A DNA stretch of 64,000 bases from Octopus sinensis (GCF_006345805.1 NC_043008.1:806001-870000), one strand, 5' to 3'. Counted from the first letter of the stretch, positions 41,434-55,159 are shown. Notes: generated by a model from the letters alone, not told the origin. Numbers and translations: made by a program.

Positions 41434-41709
41434 TATAATTGGAAAAGGATGCGTGGCATTCGATCATATAATAATATAAATAATATATAAATATATGCAT
41501 ATATACATATATATATATATAAGTACATACCTACATATATTTGTATATAAACATGCATATATAGGTACAAGACATGAAAAAAACGTAGACACAATGAGAA
41601 ACGAAAACATTAAAAAAAACATAGATGTCCTGTACCCAGATATGCTTGTATATATACATATATGCAGTTATGTACATATATGTAAGTATATATGCATATA
41701 TTCATATAT

Positions 41710-41740
<31 letters not shown>

Positions 41741-41966
41741 ATGTACTGTAAATTCATATATTTACAATATTCACATAATTATATATGTATTATGTACAAA
41801 ATATATAATTCTATGTATATGTGTGTTCGTTGCTTGCATGCATGTGTTGTGTTTGTGTGTGTGTATGTATATATTTGTGGGACATGTATATAAGCAATGT
41901 GAGGTGTAAAATTGTTATGACAGTATATAATATTTTGAAACTTTACATCAGAGTGTGCGGTATATA

Positions 41967-42007
<41 letters not shown>

Positions 42008-42124
42008 CTAATATATATATATAATAATTATATACATACAATATATATATACAGTATATATATATATATAGATAGATATATATATATATATACATAATTA
42101 TATTTACCCTTCATATTACGGATA

Positions 42125-42166
<42 letters not shown>

Positions 42167-42188
42167 ATATATATAATATATATATATA

Positions 42189-42246
<58 letters not shown>

Positions 42247-42256
42247 CATACATATA

Positions 42257-42294
<38 letters not shown>

Positions 42295-42579
42295 TATATA
42301 TATGTATATGTATATGCATATGTATATATATGTAATATCTACGTTTGAGCGTGTGTGTGTGTCTGTGTGTGGTTTATGTCTGAGAGTGTGTGTTTGTGTA
42401 TATGTGTGTGTGTGTGATGACGACAGCCATATATACGAATCGTGAACAATCCTACAATTTGGAAGGGAACATAATTCAATCCTCACCGTAGTTGTCATCG
42501 TCATCACCATCTTGATCATCATCTCGAGCGCGGCAAGAACGACGACGACGATGACAATATCGAACATCCTAATCATCAA

Positions 42580-42848
42580 TCATGCCTTCGCTGCAGATGA
42601 TGACGATGGGGAGACTGATGATGCTGGTGACTGCGCATGAGAAGTGGATCGGTGGTCATGGTTACGATGATGGTGATGATGATAGTAATGATCAAGATGG
42701 CGGTGACAGCGACGGTGATTGCAATATTGGTTGAAACATGAGGCTGCCAAGGAATGTAACATGCGATGGATGATGATGCTGACGATGATATTGAAGGTGA
42801 TGATGATGATGATAATGATGGGCCTGAGAGTGATGACGACGATGATGG

Positions 42849-42879
<31 letters not shown>

Positions 42880-43375
42880 ACTGATGACAATGACGCTGAT
42901 GACAATGACGACGACAACGATGAAGAAGAAGGAGAAAGAGAAGAAGTAATAGTAGTAGTAGTAGTAGAAGAAGAAGAAGAAGAAGAAGAAGAAGAAGAAG
43001 AAGAAGAAGGAGAAGTGGAAGAAGAAGAAGAAGGAGAAATGGAAGAAGGAGAAATGGAAAAAGAAGAAGTAGAAGAACTAGTAGAAGAAGAAGAAGATGA
43101 TGATGATGAAGGAGAAGTGGAAGAAGAAGAAGAAGAAGATGATGATGACGAAGAAGAAGAAGAAGAAGAAGAAGAAGAAGAAGAAGAAGAAGAAGATGTG
43201 GATGATGATCATGAAGTTAACAAGGCTCAGCAATAGGGTGGATAATGCTACTGATGATGATGATGCTGATGATGAAAATGATAAAGACGACTATGATGAT
43301 GTTGATGCAGGTGGTGGTGGTACTGTTGCAGGCGGTGATGATGATGATGACGACGACGACGGTGATGGTGACGGT
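42580..43375. repeat. (GAT)n/(GAA)n/(GTA)n trinucleotide low-complexity block
   Basis: Direct inspection. Confidence 0.9.
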
Positions 43376-43594
43376 TCCCGTTATATTTGTTGTTCTTGTT
43401 TCTGTTGGAAGCATTTGTGTATTTCATTAGCTTGCAGGCAATGGTTGATATTGTTGCGATCTGTCAATAAAATACGGAAGAACGGCTTCAATCAGCTTTC
43501 TGCAATGTTGCAGTTGTTAATTTCTTCACTAACCCAACCTGACGTATCCTTCTAATCGAGCTTAAATAGCTCCGGCACAGATACACCGCTATCC

Positions 43595-43611
43595 ATTCAT
43601 CCATCTATCTG

Positions 43612-43694
<83 letters not shown>

Positions 43695-43901
43695 CTGTAT
43701 CTATCTATCTATATATCTATCTATCTATCATCTAACTAACTATCTCTCTCTCTGTATCTATCTCTCTCTCTCTCACTCTCTCTCTATCTATCCATCTATC
43801 TATTTGTCAGTCTGTCTGTCTGTCTGTCAGGCCTGTCTGTCTGTCTCCGTATTTTCATCCGTTCATCCAACCATCCATCCATCCATTCATCCATCCAACT
43901 T

Positions 43902-43942
<41 letters not shown>

Positions 43943-43990
43943 CTGCCTGTCTGTCTGTCTGTTTGTCTATCTGTTTGTTTGTCTATCTCT
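43595..43990. repeat. (ATCT)n/(GTCT)n/(ATCC)n compound tract
   Basis: Direct inspection. Confidence 0.9.
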
Positions 43991-44474
43991 GTTTCCTTCT
44001 TCACTCGCATCTTTACATATATATATATATATGTATGTGCGTGTGCGTTTGTATGTATACGTGTATTTAAGTATCGTATGATCAGCACACAAAAGCGTTC
44101 ACGTCCACACACGCACACGCGATACAAAGCCTTATATTCTCACACTCACACGGCAGTGACCATCAACATCCTGTCCAAACTGTTGTCACTTCAATGTCGA
44201 TAATACTATGATAGCAACACCATGTCACTCGTGTTGGCCAAAAGCAGCCAAATTCCAGAAGCCATATTGGACCCTCTCCATTCGGATCTCTTCACTGGAG
44301 GAGTTAGGTTCGATGAGCGAGCCTCTGACTCTTGAATATGCATGGAGCTGAATCTAATTTCTACCTGATGGGTTGACTACCACGGTCTTTCGTTTGACCA
44401 CTCACTAGTATATACGTACATAATTATATACATATATGCGTGCGTGCGCGTGTATACATACAGCTAGCAAAAAT

Positions 44475-45037
44475 GAGTAGTACCTGTATTTCAAAGGGCC
44501 AGCCTTGTCACATTCTGTGTCACGATAAATACCCCTGACATCTACGTTAATGGTATCTGTGTCTGTGGCGAGCTGGCAGAAGCGTTAGCGCGCCGGGCGA
44601 AATGCTGAGCGGTATTTCGTCTGCCGTTACGTTGTGAGTTCAAATCCCGCCGAGGTCGACTTTGCCTTTCATCCTTTCGGGGTCGATTAAATAAGTACCA
44701 GTTACGCACTGGGGGTCGATATAGTCGACTTAATACCTATGTCTGTCCTTGTTTGTCCCCTCTGTGTTTAGCCCCTTGTGGGTAGTAAAGAAATAGGTAT
44801 TTCATCTGTCTCTACGTTCTGAGCTTAAGTACCTTTTACGCACTGGGGTCGATGTAATCGACTTAAGACCTATGCCTGTCCTTGTTTGTCTCCTCTATGT
44901 TTAACCCCTTGTGGGTAATAAAGAATAGGTATCTGTGTCTGTGGAGTACTCAGCCATTGGTACGTTAATTTCACGAGCAGGCTGTTCCGTTTATTGGATC
45001 AACCGGATCTCTCTTCGTCATAACCGGCAGAATGCCA
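44475..45037 (+). mobile_element. SINE family C 3' half interrupted by a SINE family A long-tail dimer (about 44569-44927)
   Basis: 17 bp target-site duplication ggtatctgtgtctgtgg at 44552-44568 and 44928-44944. Confidence 0.9.
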
Positions 45038-45693
45038 GTTTCATATATACATACATATATTTATATATATACACGCACATACATACACTCACATATACAT
45101 ATTCATATACATACACAGATATACGCGCACATAGGCACACATATAAATAAGCTTAATATATTATACTAATCGGGTAGAAGAAAATATCAAATTAGAGGAA
45201 ACATGTTCAACCGGACACAATTTTGTTTCTGCTAAACTGGTTTCATATAACGAGGCACAAACAGCACCATTTTTAGCCGAAAATATATGCGGATAATTCA
45301 AATTTACCCGATTATACAGACACTGCAGCAAATATTTCACTCGTAAATATTTGGAAATTTAAATACTTTAAAGTTTTCAAAGAATTCTAAATGCTTCTCA
45401 CCTGTTTTGTATTATCAAGAATACATACGATAAGCATAAAATTTGCATTTCTTTTATTTACTTCCGGTTGACTGCGGTTATGAACGTCTGTCTATGACCA
45501 GAGTCACATTTCAGAAATACAATTGTATCCCGGTATGACACACGTATGTTCTAATTCAATACATGTGCGTCGATTTCTCTCTCTCTCTCTCTTTTTTAAA
45601 TTGAGTGAATCGACTTGACAATATATCTCTCTCTGAAACCTCTGTATGAAACACACTTTTGCTTTTCTGTTTACGTACGCATTCCTGATTTAA

Positions 45694-45746
<53 letters not shown>

Positions 45747-45764
45747 ATATATATATATATATAT

Positions 45765-45965
45765 AAGGTAGGGAAAATAGTACTCGATTACCGAAGTTAG
45801 AGTAGTGCGCATTCTTATTAAAGCTAAAAAAAAAACATCATAAAACTTATTATTCAGAGTTTCACGTTCCCGTTCGTCGTACAGTCTTGATCACAACTGT
45901 CCAACGATCGGGAACGTGAAACTCAGAGTAACAGTTCTTGTGGTGTTTTTGCAGCTTTAATAAAA
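45765..45965. mobile_element. Inverted-duplicated short element, each arm with a hammerhead-like motif (consensus core CCGACGA)
   Basis: Arms 45815-45885 and 45896-45963; right arm reads aactgt CCAACGA tcg ggaa cgt GAAA CTC A GAG TA acagtt. Confidence 0.8.
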
Positions 45966-48269
45966 CTGTGTACATATATATAGATAAACATTCAAACACA
46001 TACTTACCCCCCCTCACACACGTAATTGGTGTTAAAGGATTAACAATGAGTACAGATCCAGAATATGCATTTAGTGACACTTAACATGGAATTTTCGGAA
46101 GGGACAATTTTATGAAACGAGCACGTATTGTCACGTAGCCGACTACCCCTGCTTAATAACTAACATCAAAATAGTGCCAAACCTGCCGGATTAAAGATTG
46201 TAAAGCCTTTAAGCCAAGAGTGTTTTTACCAGTTCACTGCTATGGTTTAGTGACTTTAGATTATCCGTCCTAGGAGAAAGTTTGATCTCCGTCGAATTTG
46301 GGGTGACAAACGCAACAGCTTGCTCATTATTCTAATGGCCCTGTCAATTGCCCTTCTTGATTCACCTGCATTCACAAATTATAACTGAATCTCAGTTGTA
46401 TATCAATTTGTGGAGACGTTTTTGAGATTTTATCCCATCTAAGCCAGTCTATTAATGGAGGCTTTCCAATGATATCTATTTTAACTAGCTTTTGTGTATA
46501 GATTATCAAGGAATGCAGAATCCAAGATATTTGTGTAACTTTAAATCCAACAGAGTGCCATATGGAAGAATATTGTGTGCTATTTCTAACAAATTCGATA
46601 ACCCCTAAGATGTTCTTCCCGCGTTAATGGAAGAGACATTTGCAATTATATATATAATATTTTCTCGCATATAAAACCTTCTAGAACATAGAATAAACCG
46701 CATTTTTCAAATGAATAAACAAATATGCAGATAAGTCTAATTTCTTTTTTTTCAGGCGAGATTGAATGCATAAATTTGTTATTACATACACAAATATTGC
46801 TCCACACATGTAACGGACAGTAAATCGAATTTATTCTCTTTATAATATGATTTTTACGGGAAAATTCTGCGGAGGGTTTAAAAGAAACGTTTCACTTAAA
46901 GAATCCAGTGCACGTGATGATAATTTTGCAAAAGTTGAATTTCTTGTGTACATATTCATTTCTTTCAATTTATAATTTTGTCATTTTCCAATCACTGCAA
47001 AATGTATCAGGCTCTTGACAGATTCTATGCAATCTTGTCGGCAGATGGCGCTGGTGGTAGAGTTGGTGGGTCTACTTAATATAATTATGACGTACTCAGT
47101 CGGTGAGTGGATTAGGAAAATTTAAATACTTAGTGACTTGTTAGAACTGATGTGAGGAGAAAGTGGAGAAGAAAGAGCGAAGAATTATTAGCAGAACTGC
47201 AGCTTCCACACCACCGTCATCATCTGCACATCACCAGCGGCTTCCTCATCGGCACACCACAAGCAGCTGCACTACTAAATGCACATCAGCAGCAGCAGTA
47301 ACCGCAGCCGAAGCAACAACAGCAGCACCATGTCGACGACGAAGACAACGACCACCACAACCATCACCATCACTAGCGCCACAACCACCATTACAAGCGC
47401 ATCCACTGTCACAAGTACCACCATCACCAATATCACCATCGGCACACAACCAACAGCATATTACCAGCAGCAACAACATTAGCATCACTACCACCATCTC
47501 CAGCACCAGCACCAGCAACAACAACAACAGCCAACAAACAAAAATCACAACAAAACAAAAGGAAAAATATTAAATGCAACAACAACAACAATATTGAAAG
47601 CCACAACAAAATCAGTGACTGCAAGATAAAAGCCCACACCAATGACAAGAGAAGCCACGGCAACAACAAAAGTAGGAATAACGGTAGCGTCATCATCATC
47701 AGCATCATCATCACCATCATAATCATCATCTGCAGCAGCAGCAGCAGCAACCGTTCAAGAATTTGGACCTGGAGATCTCCATTTCCAGCGACTTCGAGGG
47801 CCACCTCCCAGTGGTGTCGGGTGTCAACGAAGAGCCCTCGACTACAACAAGACGAGCAAAGTTTTTTTTCCTTTCAAGGTCTGGGGTCTCCCGCCCCTAA
47901 ACCCTAGACCATCACCTAATCACCCTTACCTGTCTTGTTGCTTAACAACAACAACAACAACAACAACAGTAGCAGCGACATCTGTGGTACAAACAATAGA
48001 AACAATATTAAAGATGTAGGAACAACCAAAGACAACGCGAACATCAGCAACAACAACAAACAACACTAGCCTTATTAAATAGCAACAAGAGTAAGAAGCC
48101 AGCGAGGGAGCATCTATGTGGTGACTTGACCTTCTAGAAATAGCAATTAAATTCTAGGAATATGATTGGATAAGGTGTTTCAGATGTTAATGATTCGGAA
48201 GAAGAGATAAGGAACTTGATGGAATGCCTCTGAGTGTTGCACTACTCATTAAGGTTTGACCTGTGGCTA

Positions 48270-48291
48270 AATAATAATAATAATAATAATG

Positions 48292-48373
<82 letters not shown>
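48270..48373. repeat. (TAA)n microsatellite
   Basis: Direct inspection. Confidence 0.95.
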
Positions 48374-48375
<2 letters not shown>

Positions 48376-48990
48376 CGCAGAAAGAGTACAAGCGTAAACA
48401 CGACAAAATAGCCCAAAACCTCCACTGGCTGCTATGCCGTAGGTATATAAGTTTAAGGGTGCTTGGTACCAACAAACACCTGAAAAGGTAATGAACGAAA
48501 AGGGGAAGGAAAAAATCTTCTCGGTCTTTGATTTCCAGACAGACATGGTGTTAGACCTCCGAAGGCCAGATATAGTAATCTTTAGGAGGGACAAACAAGA
48601 TTGCCTAATTAGTAATCGACGTGGCAGTGCCAGGAGATCAACAAATCGTCATGAAAGAAAGAGAAAAGGTTGATAAATATGGAGACCTGAGGATTGAAAA
48701 CGCTAAGACGTGGCAGCTACGAGAATCAAACATAAATGTTATCCCTATTGTCATCGGAGCAATCTGAAAAAGACATCTGAAAACCTTAGAAATACCCTAC
48801 AATCTAGATATATTGCAAAAGTCGGCATTACTTGGAATTGCACGCATATTGCAGAATGTACTGACTGTCTAAGGTCCTTATTGTGGCTTGACAAACTGTC
48901 CAAGGCCCGGCAAACACAATATCTTCAATCATCAACCTCACGATATTGTATACTGTGCGACGTCTATATTATTATTATTAATAATAATAA
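48374..48990 (+). pseudogene. 5'-truncated R4/Dong-like non-LTR retrotransposon (REL endonuclease domain) in (TAA)n
   Basis: AQKEYKRKHDKIAQNLHWLLC...FDFQTDMVLDLRRPDIVIF...IDVAVPGD...KVDKYGDLRIE...VIPIVIGA...LQKSALLGIARILQNVL*; RHD-like and PD..D motifs; frameshifted. Confidence 0.9.
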
Positions 48991-50164
48991 GTTTTTGAAG
49001 CCACCAAATTTCTTACGGATCTCAGTATACCTGCCGTCTTAACTTAGGAAAGAACTCATTGGACCTTCTAGAAAATGGTTAGATGGTCGTAGATGGAATG
49101 GATTTTACCAAACGTCTGCAAGAGCAGGGTTGATCTAGAACTAAACATAAACATCACCAAAAAATGCAATAGTTGCAGCAAACAACAACAAAAACAGCAG
49201 CAGTAGCAGCAGCAGAAGCCTCTATAGTTGTAGCAAGAAGACAACGGCAGCAAACAGCACCAAAAAAGCAAAAACAAACACAAGTAGAAGTTAGCAAAAG
49301 AAACCAGTAATCTAGAGAAATTTCCACCTCTACCTCCTCACCAATGCCCTACACACCTTTCCGAACCTTTCTGCCCCGCCTAAGTCTAACAACCACCACC
49401 ACCACCACCACCACCACCACCACCACCACAACAACAACAACAACAACAACAGCAGCAAAAGACATAAACACACAAGCAGTATGTTGCAAATAAAGTAACT
49501 GCGGAATACTCTAATCCGTTCCTCCTTTCTTCAAAACAACCACCAAGCTTCCTCCTCCTCCTCTTCCTCTGTCTCCGCCTCCTCCTCCTTCTCCTCCTCC
49601 TGCATAGTAGCCATCACCATCACCATCACCATCCGCAACGCATATATCTAATTGCATTTTCTTTTTAGTTAACAAACGAAGAGGAAGCCAAAGAAACAGC
49701 AAATTCCGAATAGAAGAATCTTGATGGAAATTTTCTCTAAAATAATGACATCGTTTCTTAATTGGATCTATTCATACATATTCATGTTTTAAACTGTTTA
49801 AACACTATATAAATTTATAGCTCTTATTTTATTATTAGCATCGTGACGTCGTATCGTCGACGCCGAACTAATTTGTTATGGCGGCGGACATGCATACTAT
49901 TTGCAATATTGTCGTTCTTGTTACTGTTGTTGTTGTTGTCATCGTTGTTTGTTGTTTTCCCCCCATTTTTGGTCTTTGCTGTTCTTGCCACTATTGTTGT
50001 TGTTCTTGCTGTTGTTGTTCTCGTTGTTTGTTGTTTTTCTCCCATTTTTGGTCATTGCTGTTCTTGCTACCATTCCTGTTGTTGTTCTTGTTCCTATTGC
50101 TCTGCTTGATGTTCCATCTGTTCAATTTTCACTTCTCAGTCACCCACCTCTCTCCCTCTCTCTC

Positions 50165-50205
<41 letters not shown>

Positions 50206-50217
50206 TATCTATCTATC

Positions 50218-50262
<45 letters not shown>

Positions 50263-50779
50263 TCTGTCTCTATTTCTCTATGCCTCTGTTTCCCTCAATG
50301 CGTGGATGTGTTTCACTTTTTTCACTGGGTCTAATTATACGTCTATCTTTCGCTGCATTTTTATATCTTGCCTCTCATCAGAAGTTTGTGTCTTTATATC
50401 TGACTATGTATGTGTGTGTGTGTGTGTGTGTATGTCTGTGTCTGTCTTCCTCCGAGTACATGTTCCACTCTTTCCTACACTTTTATGTGTGTATATCTCT
50501 CATACAGTGTGTGTATGTATGTATCTCTCTTCCTCTCACACTGCGTATATGTGTATCTCACTCACTCAATCACTCACTCAATCACTCACTCAAACTATGT
50601 GTTTTTCACTCTTTCTCATACTCTGTATATGAGTCGAGCTCTCTCACTTGTGTATGCTTGTCTCTCTCTGTCTATGTTTTTTGTATGTGTCTCTCTCATC
50701 CTCTTTCTCCTTTGCTGTGTGAATACGCATGCGCATGTTTCTCTCGCTCACAGAATGTATAACAATTTCTCTGGTCATT

Positions 50780-52118
50780 TTTCTTGATCTTACTCTCTCT
50801 CCCCTCCCTCCTTCTCCTTGTATCTATCCCCTCCTTCTCCTTGTCTCTCCCCCTCCCTCCTGCTCCTTGTCTGTATCCCTCCCCATGTCCTCTCCCTAAT
50901 ATCTCAATATATTTCCCTCATAATTTCTTACTATCCTCACTCTCCTCCCCTCTCTTACCAATCTGTCTTTCTCTCTACACCCATCTCCTGCATATCTCCT
51001 CTTTCTCCTCCCCCTTATGTCTGCTTCTCCTTCTCTATCATAGCCTCTTCCCCTTCTGCCAAACCGATTTCTCTCTCTGTCAGCTCCTCTCTTTCAAATA
51101 TGTCTATATTTTCCCCCTCTCTAATAGTTTCCTCTTAATCACTTCCCAACTCTCACACCATCCTCCTCTCTCTCTCTCTCTCTCTCATTGATATTTCACT
51201 GTTTATCACTCTCTATCTCCCTCTAAATTTAGTCTTTATATCTATCTCCCTATGTATATCTCTCCATCATACTTTCTTCAGATCCTTCACCCACTCCCTC
51301 TCTCTCGCTTCCAGTCCGTTTGACATCCCTTCTCCTAGTCTCTGACCCTTGTTTCCTCATATTTCTCCCACCCCATCCATCTATCTCTCTTATTTTTCTC
51401 TCTCATATCTCTATGCCTTTCTTTCCCTCATCCATACTTTATATTCTTTCCTTCTTTCTCCTCCTGATTTCCTGACTCCTATCTCTGTCTCTCTTCCTCC
51501 CTCTCTATCTTCATACTATATCAGCCTCATCTCTCTGTCTCTGTTATTTCTCTCTGATGCTCCTCCATGACTTTCTACCTCCCAACTTTATCTTCGTTTC
51601 TACCTCCCACCATTCTCTCAACGACTCTCTTTATGATTGTACTGCACTCCAAATGATCCACCCCCCTCTTATATGTTCTTTCCCACTACACACACACACA
51701 CACACATATATAAAACACACAGAGCCTCCTCCTATTCTTTTCCTCCTCCCTCTTCACCTTCCTCTTCTCTTTCTCCATCCCCCTCTTCCTCAGCTACTCA
51801 CCCCACCCCCACCATTCTAGTCACACAACTCATTTACTATGGTATCACAGAGAAATCTCTGTCAACAACTTAAATACCTAATTCTTACATCTGTATTCTT
51901 TTGATGTTCTCTCACTTAAATTTTACATTTATTCACGTTAATGTCTTGCTCTCCTTCTTCTAGTTTATTGTTATTATTATTTTTTGTTGTTTTCTTTTCA
52001 TTACACTTTTAATGCACATATATAGGCCTCTGTCTATTCTCACATAACATCCTCTCTTGCGCTCTCACTTCACCTCTCTCAGCATTTCTTAGCATCTCCT
52101 ATGTTTATCAAGCATACC

Positions 52119-52193
<75 letters not shown>

Positions 52194-53220
52194 TATATAT
52201 TTATATATATATGTATATATATATATATGTATGTATGTATGTATTATGCATGTGTGTGTGTACGGTACGTGTGTGTATGAAACGTATGTGTTTATATATG
52301 ATTGTGTATGATTAAATGTATATATATCGATGTGTGTGCATGTATGTATCTATCTATATACATACATACACACATGCACATATATATATTCTCTGTTTTC
52401 CTCTCACCTTTTCTCTTTCTTTGTCTCTCAGCATACCCCGCCTCTGTATTTATCTCATATTTTCCTTCTTCTTCTTCTTCTTCTTCTCTTCTTCTTTTTT
52501 TTTCGTTCTTTCTTCTTCTTCGTCTTCTCTTTCTTCATCTTCTTCTTCGTCTCTTCTTTTCTTTCTCCTTCTTCTCCTTCTTCTTCTTCTTCTTCTTCTT
52601 CTTCCCCCTCGCCCTCTCCTCCCTCTCTTTCCTGCAGTGTCTCTCATTATCACTCTCCTCTCTATTCATTATACACACCTATCCCTTCTCTCACATATCG
52701 TTTTCCTTCTCTCTTACTTTCCCTCTCATCATGTCTCATCATCTATCTTATTTACTCTCTCTCTCTTACTCTTTGCCTTTCCTTTACTCTCATACTCTGT
52801 CGCAATCTTATCTATCCACCAGAATTATTTCTCTTCCCACATACACCCTCTCTACACACGTCTCTCTCGCTCTTTCTCTCTCTCTCTCTCTCTCTCTCCC
52901 ACTCTCTCACCACCTCCCTCTATCTAACACAGCTTTTATATATCTCTTTACCCCTACCACTATATCTCCATCCTTCTCTCTCTCTCTCTCTCACTCTCTC
53001 GCTCTTCCTCTCTATTTCCTTCTAGCTACTTCTACATCTCTTCTTCTCTCTATGTTCTCACTATACTTTCTCATCATATGCTTTCTCCCCTCTCCTATCT
53101 CTACCTCTCACTATACCCCCTTCATGTAAACTACATTTTAATCACACATACTTCCTACTCATTCTCATCTACATCCTTTCAGTAACTCTCTATCCTCTAC
53201 CCTTCCCCCTGTCGACCACA
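50780..53220. repeat. ~2.4 kb pyrimidine-rich (CT/CTT) low-complexity domain
   Basis: Strong strand asymmetry with (CT)n and (CTT)n runs, interrupted by (TA)n near 52120-52260. Confidence 0.85.
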
Positions 53221-53289
53221 CTTGCCATTACTTCTCCTAAAATATATATTTATTTATTATAAAATGCGCTCTCCTAACAAACGCATCTG

Positions 53290-53338
<49 letters not shown>

Positions 53339-53339
53339 A

Positions 53340-53402
<63 letters not shown>

Positions 53403-53449
53403 TTGTCTGTCTGTCCGTCTGTCTGTCTGTCTGTCTCTCTGTTTGTTTG

Positions 53450-53507
<58 letters not shown>

Positions 53508-53545
53508 CATCTATCTATCTATCTGTCTGTTTGTCTGTCTATCTA
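53290..53545. repeat. (ATCT)n/(GTCT)n microsatellite
   Basis: Direct inspection. Confidence 0.95.
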
Positions 53546-53664
53546 TCAACGCACACAATCGAACGCACACAGACACAATTATATATCTATATATATTAGA
53601 ATAGGATGCTGTGATCGTTTTGGTTCGATATTTAATTCTCTTAAAAACGCGATTGCCCTACTGT

Positions 53665-53905
53665 AGAAGACGAAAAATCTGAAGAGGGTGCCAATTATTG
53701 TTGGAACCTTGGGACAGTGTCAGAGAGTATTGAGAGAAATGTAAAGCAAAATATGAACAGATTGCCCAGTAGAGCTTTTGCATATGTTTGCTTCCTTGAA
53801 GAGAACAAATGGTATGGTACCACTGGCTGCCGGTAGCGAGCCTGCTACTCATGTAAGACTCTTGGAGTGCCAGAGAATAATAAATAATAAACGAATAATA
53901 AATAA
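53665..53905 (+). pseudogene. Probable decayed R4-like REL C-terminal fragment ending in TAA repeats
   Basis: VPIIVGTLG/TVSESIERNVK.../ELLH, followed by aataataaataataa. Confidence 0.5.
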
Positions 53906-54377
53906 TATATTCACCCCCCCCCACACACCTTCATATATATATATAGCTTAATTTCAAATTGTTTTCGCCTTCAATAACTAGTAAAGATTATCATTTGCCT
54001 GGGGATCTAGGAGGTAATTCAACTGTATCGATAATATTGGTTACAAATCGTATTGATTATCTTTCTAGAATCCCAATAATAGATTAATGGAGAACACAAA
54101 CATTAACGAAGCATCCTAAACTTCCATCACACGCTCATATCGGTAACCTATACCAACCCTTCTGTAGTTTCGTTTCAAGATACATCTCATGGATTCTCTG
54201 GGATGCATTATCTGTGATATTTCTGGAATTTTAGGGGTTTTCGGGTCTTTCAACATCAGCCCCCTTCGTCCACCTGACCCAGCCAAGATTTATCAACACA
54301 CAACTGTTATCTCAGCTTCAGCGAACCACTGGCCCGTTCACTTTATCCAAAACCAGTCAAGGGTTTCTCTGCAATTT

Positions 54378-54764
54378 GGTGGAAGCACTCCGTCGGTTAC
54401 GACGATGAGGGTTCCGGTTGATCCGAATCAACGGAACAGCCAGCTCGTGAAATTAACGTGTACGTGGCTGAGCACTCCACAGACACGTGTACCCTTAACG
54501 TAGTTCTCGGGGATATTCAGCGTAACACAGAGAGTGACAAGGCCGGCCCTTTGAAATACAGGTACAACAGAAACAGGAAGTAAGAGTGAGAGAAAGTTGT
54601 GGTGAAAGAGTACAGCAGGGATCACCACCATCCCCTGCGGAGCCTCGTGGAGCTTTTATGTGTTTTCGCTCAATAAACACTCACAACGCCCGGTCTGGGA
54701 ATCGAAACCGCGATCCTATGACCGCGAGTCCTCTGCCCTAACCACTGGGCCATTGCGCCTCCAC
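54378..54764 (-). mobile_element. SINE family C, full length, with TSD
   Basis: 12 bp TSD tctctgcaattt at 54366-54377 and 54765-54776; intact A and B boxes. Confidence 0.95.
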
Positions 54765-55159
54765 TCTCTGCAATTTAAGATCCTCCTCTCTGCTGCATCA
54801 GAAGCGTCAAGCCCTCTCAGAGCTGTGCAGAATAAAAGACACAGCGGCCCCCTCGATTGCTCACAACATGCTTGTCAACCCTTTTCTGTGCTGTCCTATC
54901 GGCTCCATAAATGATTCCGGTATATCTACCATGTGGGGAACTGCCGAGCTGAATATGCAGAGATGAAACCGCGTCTAATAAGGAATTTATAAGAATTTAT
55001 AAGAATGTGCCAACATGATAAGAGAGGTAATTTTATTCAGTGCTTACGTTAAATAAAAGCGCAAAGAAAAGTTTTGAAAATATTGTAATAATAGAGGCAG
55101 GTGGATTATACCCTCGATATCGTAACAAATTTTGAAGAAAAAAAGAGTACAGAAAATAT

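Noticed and set aside
42766-43236. 156 aa poly-D/E acidic ORF
   Set aside because: Pure (GAT)n/(GAA)n repeat with no splice or domain support.
47163-47573. 136 aa Q/T/S/P-rich ORF
   Set aside because: Low-complexity CAN-repeat sequence with a non-ATG start; not distinguishable from microsatellite decay.
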